43,954 bases of DNA, taken from the NCBI GenBank assembly GCA_027489195.1, contig JAIYAG010000095.1, forward strand, positions 1 to 43,954, read 5' to 3'. The notes under the pieces are model-generated. The model did no database searches. It worked only from the letters and a program-made list of their open reading frames with translations, and was not told the origin of the DNA. The stretch is from Burkholderiales bacterium (GTDB lineage: Bacteria; Pseudomonadota; Gammaproteobacteria; Burkholderiales; Burkholderiaceae_E). The position numbers and the translations under genes were made by a program. Positions 16,178 to 23,824 of the stretch are shown one piece after another; within the stretch, counting starts at the first letter, position 1, and every line of letters begins with the position of its first letter.

Positions 16178-17830
16178 ATGGTGATTCGCAATCTCGGCCT
16201 CGAGAAGAAGCTGATGCTGCTGCTGAGCATCTTCTCGCTGGCCTTCTTCGCCTTCGCCTTCGTGTCCTGGCACACCATCGAGACCGTGCGCGTGAACGGT
16301 CCCCTCTACGGGTCCATCGTCGAAGGCAAGGACCTGGTCGCGGACATCCTGCCTCCGCCGGCCTACATCATCGAATCGCACCTGCTCAGCCTGCAGCTGG
16401 TCGAGGAGTCCGACGCCGCGCAGCAGGCCGTGCTGATCGAGCGCGGGAACGCCCTGCGCGTCGAGTTCGACCGGCGCCACGAGTTCTGGAAGCGTGCGCT
16501 GGCGCCCGGCACGCTGGCGGACACGATGAACGTCACCGCCTATCGGCCCGCCGTGGCGTACTTCGAGGCGCGCGAGGCGGAGCTCATTCCCGCGGTCCGG
16601 GCGCGGAACGCGGCACGTGTCCGGGCCGCCATGACGGTGCTCAACCAACGGTACGAAGAGCACCGCAGGGCGATCGACTCGGTGGTCAGGCTGACCAACG
16701 AGCGCAACCTCCAGCTCGAGCAGACGGCCGAGCGGTCGGTGAGCGACGGCCGCCGCAACCTCGTCGTGCTCGGCGGGCTGGTGCTCGCGGTGGTCGCGGT
16801 GCTGGCGTGGCTCACGCTCGTGATGGCCAACTCCCTGAGTGCGCGTCTGTCGCTCGCTGCCGGGGTCGCGTCCCGGGTGGCCGATGGGGATCTCACGGTG
16901 CGGGTGCCGGATGCCAGCGAGTCGGACGAGTCCGGGCGCCTGCTCACGGCCATCCAGGCCATGACCACCAGCCTGCATTCGCTCGTGGCGCGCGTGCGCC
17001 AGGCCTCGAACATGCTCAGCGCCTCGACGGCCGAGTTCACGAAGGCCGGCCGGCAGCAGGACCGCCACATCGGCGGCCTGCGCGACTCCGCGGTGCAGAT
17101 CGCCGGCGGCGCGCGCAGCATCTCCGAGACGAGCGCCGACCTGATGTCCACGATGGAGAGCGTCAATGCGGTGGCCGGCCAGGCCGCGCAGGTCGCCGAG
17201 GGCGGCCGGTCGCTGCTCGAAGGCATGCAGGGCGCCATGCAGCAGCTGCAGCAGGGCACCGTGTCGATCTCCACGCGCTTGGGCGCGATCCGCGAGAAGA
17301 CGTCCGACATCAGCGGCGTCGTCACCACCATCACCAAGATCGCCGATCAGACCAACCTGCTGTCCATCAACGCCGCCATCGAGGCCGAGAAGGCGGGCGA
17401 CCAGGGCCTCGGGTTCATGGTGCTCGCGCGCGAGATCCGTCGCCTGGCCGACCAGACGGCCGCTGCCACGCTCGACATCGAGCAGATGGTGCGGCACATG
17501 CAGTCGGCGGTGTCGGCCGGCGTGATGGAGATGGACGGCTTCGCGGCGCAGGTCGAGCGTGGCGTGGGCGTCACGGCACAGGTCGGCACGCAGCTGGGCC
17601 AGATCATCGGCCAGGTGAAGTCGCTGTCGGAGCGCTTCGATGCGGTGAACCACGGCATGCGCAGCCAGTCGCAGGGCGCGCGCCAGATCAGCGAAGCCAT
17701 GACGCAGCTGATGGCCGGTGCGCAGGCCGGCGCTGACGCCCTGCCCGAGTTCAATGCCTCGATCGCCGGGCTTCGGGACGCGGCCGACTCGCTGACGCAG
17801 GAGATCTCCCGCTTCAAGCTGGGGACCTGA
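16178..17830 (+). CDS. Methyl-accepting chemotaxis protein (two TM segments, helical periplasmic sensor of about 170 aa, HAMP, MA signalling domain)
   Basis: TM1 is LMLLLSIFSLAFFAFAFVSW and TM2 is LVVLGGLVLAVVAVLAWLTLV. A HAMP domain follows, and the signalling hairpin tip reads QTNLLSINAAIEAEKAGDQGLGFMVLAREIRRLADQT. It lies 49 nt downstream of the REC-cyclase. Confidence 0.92.
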   Translation: MVIRNLGLEKKLMLLLSIFSLAFFAFAFVSWHTIETVRVNGPLYGSIVEGKDLVADILPPPAYIIESHLLSLQLVEESDAAQQAVLIERGNALRVEFDRRHEFWKRALAPGTLADTMNVTAYRPAVAYFEAREAELIPAVRARNAARVRAAMTVLNQRYEEHRRAIDSVVRLTNERNLQLEQTAERSVSDGRRNLVVLGGLVLAVVAVLAWLTLVMANSLSARLSLAAGVASRVADGDLTVRVPDASESDESGRLLTAIQAMTTSLHSLVARVRQASNMLSASTAEFTKAGRQQDRHIGGLRDSAVQIAGGARSISETSADLMSTMESVNAVAGQAAQVAEGGRSLLEGMQGAMQQLQQGTVSISTRLGAIREKTSDISGVVTTITKIADQTNLLSINAAIEAEKAGDQGLGFMVLAREIRRLADQTAAATLDIEQMVRHMQSAVSAGVMEMDGFAAQVERGVGVTAQVGTQLGQIIGQVKSLSERFDAVNHGMRSQSQGARQISEAMTQLMAGAQAGADALPEFNASIAGLRDAADSLTQEISRFKLGT

Positions 17831-17831
17831 G

Positions 17832-18347
17832 TTGGTCCGGGAACACGCCGCGCCGCGCGCGCTGATGGTCGTGCTGACCGTGGCCGGGCAGCGCCATGCG
17901 CTGAATGCCGCCGGGGTCGTGGAGGTGCTGCCCTGGCTGCCCGTGGCGCCTCTGGCGCTGGCACCGCCGGCCGTCGTGGGCGTGATCGACTACCGCGGCA
18001 CCGTCGTGCCGGTGGTGGACCTGTGCCGGCTGCTGGCGGGCCGCGACGCTCGGCGATGGCTCGCGAGCCGGATGGCGGTCGTCCAGGTCGGGCCGCCGAC
18101 GCGGCACCGCCTGGTGGCGCTGCTGGCGGAGGGCTGCACGCTGACGAGACTGGACACGGCATCGGCGCAGCCGGGGCTGCACCGGCCGGATGCACCCTTC
18201 CTGGGCCCGTTGCTGAACGACGCGGATGGCCTGCTGCAGAGCATCGACCCCGAGCGGCTGCTCGGCGCCGAGATCATCGACGCATTGCTGAGCGCGCCGG
18301 CGGACCTGCCGCCGGAGCCGCTGTCGGCGCGGGCCCATGGACGCTGA
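17832..18347 (+). CDS. cheW: CheW-like coupling protein
   Basis: The CheW fold signature is VVLTVAGQRHALNAAGVVEVLPW...VVGVIDYRGTVVPVVDL. The TTG at 17832 lies 1 nt after the MCP stop; an in-frame ATG at 17865 is an alternative. Confidence 0.85.
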   Translation: MVREHAAPRALMVVLTVAGQRHALNAAGVVEVLPWLPVAPLALAPPAVVGVIDYRGTVVPVVDLCRLLAGRDARRWLASRMAVVQVGPPTRHRLVALLAEGCTLTRLDTASAQPGLHRPDAPFLGPLLNDADGLLQSIDPERLLGAEIIDALLSAPADLPPEPLSARAHGR

Positions 18348-18984
18348 GGCCTGCTGGCGCACCATCGGCGTCGGGGGTGACCGAAGCTGCCCCGAGCTGA
18401 TCCGCCTCGTGCACTGCCGCGAGTGCCCGGTGCTCGGGCAGGCCGCCGAGCGCCTGCGCGAGCGCGACGTGCCGGACGGCTACGCCGAGGCCGCGGCCCG
18501 GGCGGCGGCCTCGAAGTACGAACCCCGCCGGAACGACCCGACGCTTCTGGTGTTCCGTCTGGGCACGGAGTGGCTGGCGCTGCAGACCGCCTGCGTCGAG
18601 GAGATCGCAGCGATGCGACCGATCCATCGGGTCGCGCACCGGGGCGGGCTGGTGGCGGGCCTCGCGAACGTGCGCGGACAGCTGCTGCTGACCGTGCGGC
18701 TGGGCGAGCTGCTGGCATTGCCGCCCGCCCCCTCGCGCCGGCTGGGCGAGCCCGCCGCCCGGCTGGTCGTGATGTCGCACGGCGCGCAGACCTGGGCCTT
18801 TGCCGCCGACGAGGTCGAAGGCGTGGTCGCCCTGGCCCTGGGCGAGCAGGCGCCGCCGCCGGCCACCCTGCCCGCCGCGCTCGCGGCCGTCACCCGTGGC
18901 ACGGTGCCCTGGCGAGACCGGCGCGTCACGCTGCTGGACACGGTGCCCCTGTTCGAGCTGCTCCAGCGCGGCATGACACCGTGA
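18337..18984 (+). CDS. cheW: CheW domain protein with an N-terminal four-cysteine extension
   Basis: The N-terminus is MDAEACWRTIGVGGDRSCPELIRLVHCRECPV (C6, C18, C27, C30). The CheW domain follows: LLVFRLGTEWLALQTACVEEI...GLANVRGQLLLTVRL. It overlaps the preceding cheW by 11 nt. Confidence 0.88.
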   Translation: MDAEACWRTIGVGGDRSCPELIRLVHCRECPVLGQAAERLRERDVPDGYAEAAARAAASKYEPRRNDPTLLVFRLGTEWLALQTACVEEIAAMRPIHRVAHRGGLVAGLANVRGQLLLTVRLGELLALPPAPSRRLGEPAARLVVMSHGAQTWAFAADEVEGVVALALGEQAPPPATLPAALAAVTRGTVPWRDRRVTLLDTVPLFELLQRGMTP

Positions 18985-21587
18985 GCGCGCTCGACGCCCT
19001 GTTCCGCGACGAGGTCGAGCAGCGGGCACCGGTGCTGCGCGACGGCCTGCGGCGCTGCGAACACTCGGCGCCCGACGGCGAGATGCTGTTCGCCGCGCAG
19101 GCGCTGAAGGGCGCGGCCCGGGTGATGGGGGTACGCAAGGCCGAGCGGCTGGCCGACGCCCTGGAGCTCCTGCTGGGGGCCTCGGAGACCGCGGCCGGGC
19201 CGATGGGCGCCGCCCAGCTGCAGGCCTGTGCGGATGCGCTCGAGCTGATCGAGGCCATCGCCCAGTCGGGGGCCGCCCGGGCCGACGAGGTGGCCACGGA
19301 CGCGCAGCTCGCCGATCTGCTGGATCGCCTGGCCGTGCCGGCGGTGTCCGCGGCGGTGACGCGCCCGGTCCGGCAACGGGCACCGCTGACGGCCGCGACC
19401 CTCGAGCTCTTCAGGCAGGAATGCGAGCAGCATTCCAGAGTCATGGGCGAGGGCCTCCTGTCGCTGGAGCGTTCGCCCGACCAGCCCGAGCTGCTGGACC
19501 GGCTGATGAGGGCGTCGCACTCCGCCAAGGGCGCTGCGAGGGCCGTGGGCCTGGACAGCACCGTCGCCCTCGCGCATGCGGCCGAAGACCAGCTCGAGCG
19601 CGCCCGGCGCCGACAGATCCTCGTCGGCCCCGACCTCGTGGACGCGCTGCTGGCCGCGAGCGACCTGATCCAGCGCACCGGCATCGCGGTGTCGACCGGC
19701 ACCGACCTGCCGGCCGACGACGCGGTGCTGGCCTGCGCCAGCCGCATCGTGCAGGCCGGCCAGGCCTGCATGATCCATCCGACCTTCGAGTCCGGCGGCG
19801 GCGAGTCCGGCCTGGCCGACGCGGCCCCGTCATCGCGACAGGCGGTCGAGGAGGAGCGGGTCGTGCGCATCCGCGCCACGCAGCTCTCGCGGCTGGTGGC
19901 CCTGGCGGGCGAACTGGTCGTCGAGAGCAGCCGGCAAGGCCTGCTGGCGGCGGCCCAGCAGCGCATGCGTCTGCAGCAGTCCGGCATCGCGGACCTGCTG
20001 GACGAGCTGCAGCAGTCGATGGCGACCCTGCCGGGCGGTCATGCGCTGCGCAGCCGGATGGAAGCCCTGCGGCTGCGGCTGAGCGATCTGCGCCGGAGCA
20101 ACGTGGCCTGGTCGGAGGACTTCGAGCAGCACGCGCAGCGCAAGGAGGACCTCAGCCTGCGCCTGTACCGCGAGGCGCTGGACAGCCGCCTGCAGCCCCT
20201 GGCCGACGGGCTGGGCGCGTTTCCGCGGCTGGTGCGCGACATCGCCCGGCGGCTCGGCAAGCAGGCCGAGCTGACGGTCAGCGGCGAGACGCACCGCATC
20301 GACCGCGACATCCTCGAGCGCATCGAGGCGCCGCTCAACCATCTGATCCGCAACGCCCTCGACCATGGCCTGGAACGGCCCGCCCTGCGGCGTGAACGGG
20401 GCAAGCCCGAGCAGGGCCGCGTGGCGATCGATGCGCGCGTCGTCTCGGGCCTGCTGGAGATCTCGGTCAGTGACGACGGTGCCGGGATCGACATCGACAA
20501 GGTCCGTGCGCGGGTGGCCGAAAAGGGCCTCGAGACGCCCGAGGCGGCACAGGCCCTGCCGGTCGACCGGCTGCTCGACCACCTGTTCGTGTCGGGCTTC
20601 TCGACAGCGGATCAGGTGACCGAGATCTCCGGCCGCGGGGTCGGCCTCGCCGTGGTGCGCAGCGTGATGCGCGACGTCAGCGGCTCGGTCAGCCTGCACA
20701 CCCGAGCCGGTCAGGGGGTGCGCTTCGAGCTGCGGGTGCCGATCAGCCGCTCGGTGCTGCGTGCGGTCGTCGTCTCCATCGCGGGGGAGCCGCACGCCTT
20801 CGCGCTCACGCGGGTTGACCGCCTGGTGCGGCTGTCCGTCGCCGATGTGCTGACCGCGGGCAACCGGCAGTACGTCGTCCTGGACGGGCGGACCGTGTCA
20901 CTCGTCTGGGCGTCCGAACTGCTGGAGCTGGGGCCGTCCAACCCCTCGGCCCGCCAGCTCGACGTGGTCGTGGTCAGCGACTTCGGCCAGAGCGTCGGCT
21001 TCATCGTGGATGCCGTGCTGAGCGAACAGGACATGGTGCTGCAGGCGCTCGATCCCCGCCTGGGTCGGGTACCCGACATCAGCGCCGCAGCCGTGCTGCC
21101 CGACGGTCGACCGGTGCTGGTGCTCGATGCCGAGGACATGGTGCGCTCGGTGCTGCGCACCCCGGAGGCGCAGACGTCGCAGCACGATGCGCGCAGCCCC
21201 GTGCCGACGCGACGGGCGCTGCGCGTGCTGGTGGCGGACGACACGGCGACGATCCGGGAGATGGAGCGCGAGCTGCTGGTGCGCGCGGGCTACGAGGTCG
21301 TCACCGCGGCCGACGGCATGGAGGCGTGGCAACAGCTGCACAGCACGGACGTCGATCTCGTGATGACCGACGTCGACATGCCGCGCCTGGACGGCATCGG
21401 GCTGATCCGCTCGATCCGCCAGGACGCGCGGCTGCAGCGCCTGCCGGTGATCGTGCTGTCGTACCGGGCCTCGGCGAACGACCGTCAGCAGGGACTGGAT
21501 GCCGGGGCCTCGGCGTACATGACGAAGGCCGACTACGACGACACCCATCTGCTGGACACCGTGGCGCGGCTCATCGGCCGCCCCTGA
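18981..21587 (+). CDS. cheA: CheA-like hybrid histidine kinase: two Hpt domains, dimerisation region, HATPase, CheW-like P5 domain and C-terminal REC (WspE-like architecture)
   Basis: The GTG at 18981 overlaps the upstream stop (GTGA). Hpt-1 is degenerate, reading AAQALKGAARVMG with Gln40 where His is expected. Hpt-2 is canonical, RASHSAKGAARAVG (His180). The ATPase boxes are HLIRNALDHG, DDGAGID and GRGVGLAVV. The P5 domain reads VVSIAGEPHAFALTRVDRL and the REC reads RVLVADD...LVMTDVDMPRLDG. Confidence 0.92.
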   Translation: MSALDALFRDEVEQRAPVLRDGLRRCEHSAPDGEMLFAAQALKGAARVMGVRKAERLADALELLLGASETAAGPMGAAQLQACADALELIEAIAQSGAARADEVATDAQLADLLDRLAVPAVSAAVTRPVRQRAPLTAATLELFRQECEQHSRVMGEGLLSLERSPDQPELLDRLMRASHSAKGAARAVGLDSTVALAHAAEDQLERARRRQILVGPDLVDALLAASDLIQRTGIAVSTGTDLPADDAVLACASRIVQAGQACMIHPTFESGGGESGLADAAPSSRQAVEEERVVRIRATQLSRLVALAGELVVESSRQGLLAAAQQRMRLQQSGIADLLDELQQSMATLPGGHALRSRMEALRLRLSDLRRSNVAWSEDFEQHAQRKEDLSLRLYREALDSRLQPLADGLGAFPRLVRDIARRLGKQAELTVSGETHRIDRDILERIEAPLNHLIRNALDHGLERPALRRERGKPEQGRVAIDARVVSGLLEISVSDDGAGIDIDKVRARVAEKGLETPEAAQALPVDRLLDHLFVSGFSTADQVTEISGRGVGLAVVRSVMRDVSGSVSLHTRAGQGVRFELRVPISRSVLRAVVVSIAGEPHAFALTRVDRLVRLSVADVLTAGNRQYVVLDGRTVSLVWASELLELGPSNPSARQLDVVVVSDFGQSVGFIVDAVLSEQDMVLQALDPRLGRVPDISAAAVLPDGRPVLVLDAEDMVRSVLRTPEAQTSQHDARSPVPTRRALRVLVADDTATIREMERELLVRAGYEVVTAADGMEAWQQLHSTDVDLVMTDVDMPRLDGIGLIRSIRQDARLQRLPVIVLSYRASANDRQQGLDAGASAYMTKADYDDTHLLDTVARLIGRP

Positions 21588-21588
21588 C

Positions 21589-23802
21589 TCAGAGGTCGGC
21601 GTCCTTGAGCAGCAGCGTCGCGGCGATCAGGCGCTCCGACACGATGCGAGCGAGGGCACGGTGCAGCGTCGCGGCATCGGCGGGCACGTCGGTGTCGAGC
21701 TGCGCCAGGCGGTCGCCACCGAGCACGAGGACGGTGCTGTCCTGCGTGGCCGTCACCGTCGCACTGCGCTCGCGTCGCGAATAGAAGCCGACCTCGCCGA
21801 GCAGCGTCCCCGGCAGCAGCCGGTTGAGCGTGGATTCGCCCCCGGTGACCTGAGCGACCGACACCTCGAGCTGCCCGCTGACCAGCACCATGATGCTGTC
21901 GGACGCATCGCCTTCGCGCATCACCGTCTGGCCCGCGCGGAACTCGCGCCGCTCGCCGTGCCGCTGCAGGACGGCGAGCACATCGTCGTCGCCCTGGCGC
22001 GGCATCGTCCGGCGGGCGGCCGCGGACTCGGCGAGCGTGCGTTCCTCGATGGCGGCCAGCAGCGTGTCGAGATCCCCCTCGACCTGCAGACCCGACGACT
22101 GCAGGGCCGCGATCTGGCGACCGAACTGCTGCCGCAGGGGCGCCGAGAGTCCGGTCAGGACCAGTTCGACCGACTGCTCCGCGCAGCGCCGCGCGAGGAG
22201 TCCGAAGGCCTCCCAGGCCGACAGGTCGAGCCCGACGATGCGCTTCATGTCCACGATGACGATGCGGGGTGGCGTCTCGCTCTGCAGGCTCGCCTGCAGC
22301 CGGCTCAGCAGACGTCGGGTGGTGCCGAAGAACAGGAATCCGGTCAGCGAATAGATGTGGACCCGGTCGCCCAGGCCGCTCAGCACGGCGCGCTCCTGCG
22401 GGCTGCGCTCGACCCGCGCCTTGAGGTGGGCCGCGGTCGTGAAGAGGCGCACGACGTCGATGCGCGCGTAGACGACCACGAACAGCAGGCAGGCCGCCAC
22501 CGCGCCCAGCGCCAGGGCCGGCAGCACGCCCAGCGTCACCGCGACGATCGGGATCGCCAGCACGAGGGCCTTGTCGCGGTGCGGGATGCGCCGACCGAAG
22601 TCCCAGAGCGCGGCCAGCAGCAGGTCGAACCCGAGGTACCACAGCACGCCGGCCACCAGGCCACGGGGCAGGTCCGACAGCACGTCGGCGCCCAGCGTGA
22701 TGCACAGGGCGCTCATGCCGACGATCGCCAGCCCGGCCGCGACGTCCGGCATGCCGACCCGCCTGGCCAGACTCGTCATGCTGACCATGTGATAGCCGGG
22801 CAGTCCGCCGACCAGCCCGGCGGTGGCGTTGGCGACACCGAGCGTCCTGAGCGCACCGTCGAGGTCCGCTTCGCGGCCGCTCAGCTGTTCCAGGCTGATG
22901 ACGTTGAGCAGCGCGCCCAGCAGGCACAGGCCGGCGACCGCCAGCATCATCGGAACGGCGGACCACAGCGCCGGCCAGGACACGTCCTGGAGACCCACGG
23001 TGCCCGAGCTCTGCAGCAGCGAGTCGTAGGGGAACGGACCCAGCAGCCAGCCCCGCGCGCGCGCCGTGTCGAGATCCAGCCCGAAGACGCCGAGGCCGAG
23101 ATAGAACGACCCGGCCGCCAGCGCGAAGGACAGCGGCACCAGCAGGCCGTTGCTCGAGCGTCGCACGACGAACGACAGCGCCAGCCCCAGCACGCACCAG
23201 GGCAGCCACTGCGGCCAACGTGTCGCGATGTCCGAGGGTGACCGGAAGGACACGTCGGCCATCACGATCGTGAACGCCTCACGGACCAGCAGCAGGCCGC
23301 TCGCGGCGAGGAAACCCGCGGTGACCTGGCGCGGCAGGTAGCGGACGACGAACGAGAGCTTCAGGTGACCGATGGCGTAGGCCGTCACGCCGGCCAGCAC
23401 GGTCGACAGGCCGATCATCACCACCGCGGTGGCGAACGCCGCCTCCGCGGCGAGGCCGGCGTCCGCGATCATCGCTCCGGCTGCGGTCGCCAGCAGGACG
23501 GCGGTCACGTCCTGGGGCTGGACGATGACGGCCCGACAGCTCTTCGAGACGACGGCGACCATCGCCATGATCAAGGCGCCGACCAGCACCAGCCCGATGC
23601 CGAGACTCAGGGAGGGCGCGAGCGCACCCGAGAAGACCAGCGTCGCCTTGGAGACGGTGAAGATGACCGTCATCGTCCCGATGATCAGTCCCGCCAGCAG
23701 CGACCTCACCCCCAAGGCCAGCTGGCCGACAGCACCCTGCAACGACGACTCCCCCGTCCGGCGCTCGTGCTTAGGCACGATCAGTGCGCGCGACGGTATC
23801 AC
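21589..23802 (-). CDS. SulP/SLC26-family anion transporter fused to STAS and a C-terminal cyclic-nucleotide-binding (CNB) domain
   Basis: A polytopic membrane domain is followed by STAS (VHIYSLTGFLFFGTTRRLL...IVIVDMKRIVGLDLSA). The CNB domain reads REFRAGQTVMREGDASDSIMVLVSGQLEV...LLGEVGFYSRRERSATVTA, a phosphate-binding cassette with Glu and Arg. The stop lies 1 nt from the cheA stop. Confidence 0.88.
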   Translation of the reverse strand: MIPSRALIVPKHERRTGESSLQGAVGQLALGVRSLLAGLIIGTMTVIFTVSKATLVFSGALAPSLSLGIGLVLVGALIMAMVAVVSKSCRAVIVQPQDVTAVLLATAAGAMIADAGLAAEAAFATAVVMIGLSTVLAGVTAYAIGHLKLSFVVRYLPRQVTAGFLAASGLLLVREAFTIVMADVSFRSPSDIATRWPQWLPWCVLGLALSFVVRRSSNGLLVPLSFALAAGSFYLGLGVFGLDLDTARARGWLLGPFPYDSLLQSSGTVGLQDVSWPALWSAVPMMLAVAGLCLLGALLNVISLEQLSGREADLDGALRTLGVANATAGLVGGLPGYHMVSMTSLARRVGMPDVAAGLAIVGMSALCITLGADVLSDLPRGLVAGVLWYLGFDLLLAALWDFGRRIPHRDKALVLAIPIVAVTLGVLPALALGAVAACLLFVVVYARIDVVRLFTTAAHLKARVERSPQERAVLSGLGDRVHIYSLTGFLFFGTTRRLLSRLQASLQSETPPRIVIVDMKRIVGLDLSAWEAFGLLARRCAEQSVELVLTGLSAPLRQQFGRQIAALQSSGLQVEGDLDTLLAAIEERTLAESAAARRTMPRQGDDDVLAVLQRHGERREFRAGQTVMREGDASDSIMVLVSGQLEVSVAQVTGGESTLNRLLPGTLLGEVGFYSRRERSATVTATQDSTVLVLGGDRLAQLDTDVPADAATLHRALARIVSERLIAATLLLKDADL

Positions 23803-23824
23803 ACCGACTGGCTGCCCTCGGCCG

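Noticed and set aside
14653-21587. Annotating the cluster as a bona fide Wsp system with c-di-GMP output.
   Set aside because: No GGDEF/EAL/HD-GYP domain, CheR or CheB is encoded in the window. The only output-type response regulator carries a class III cyclase.
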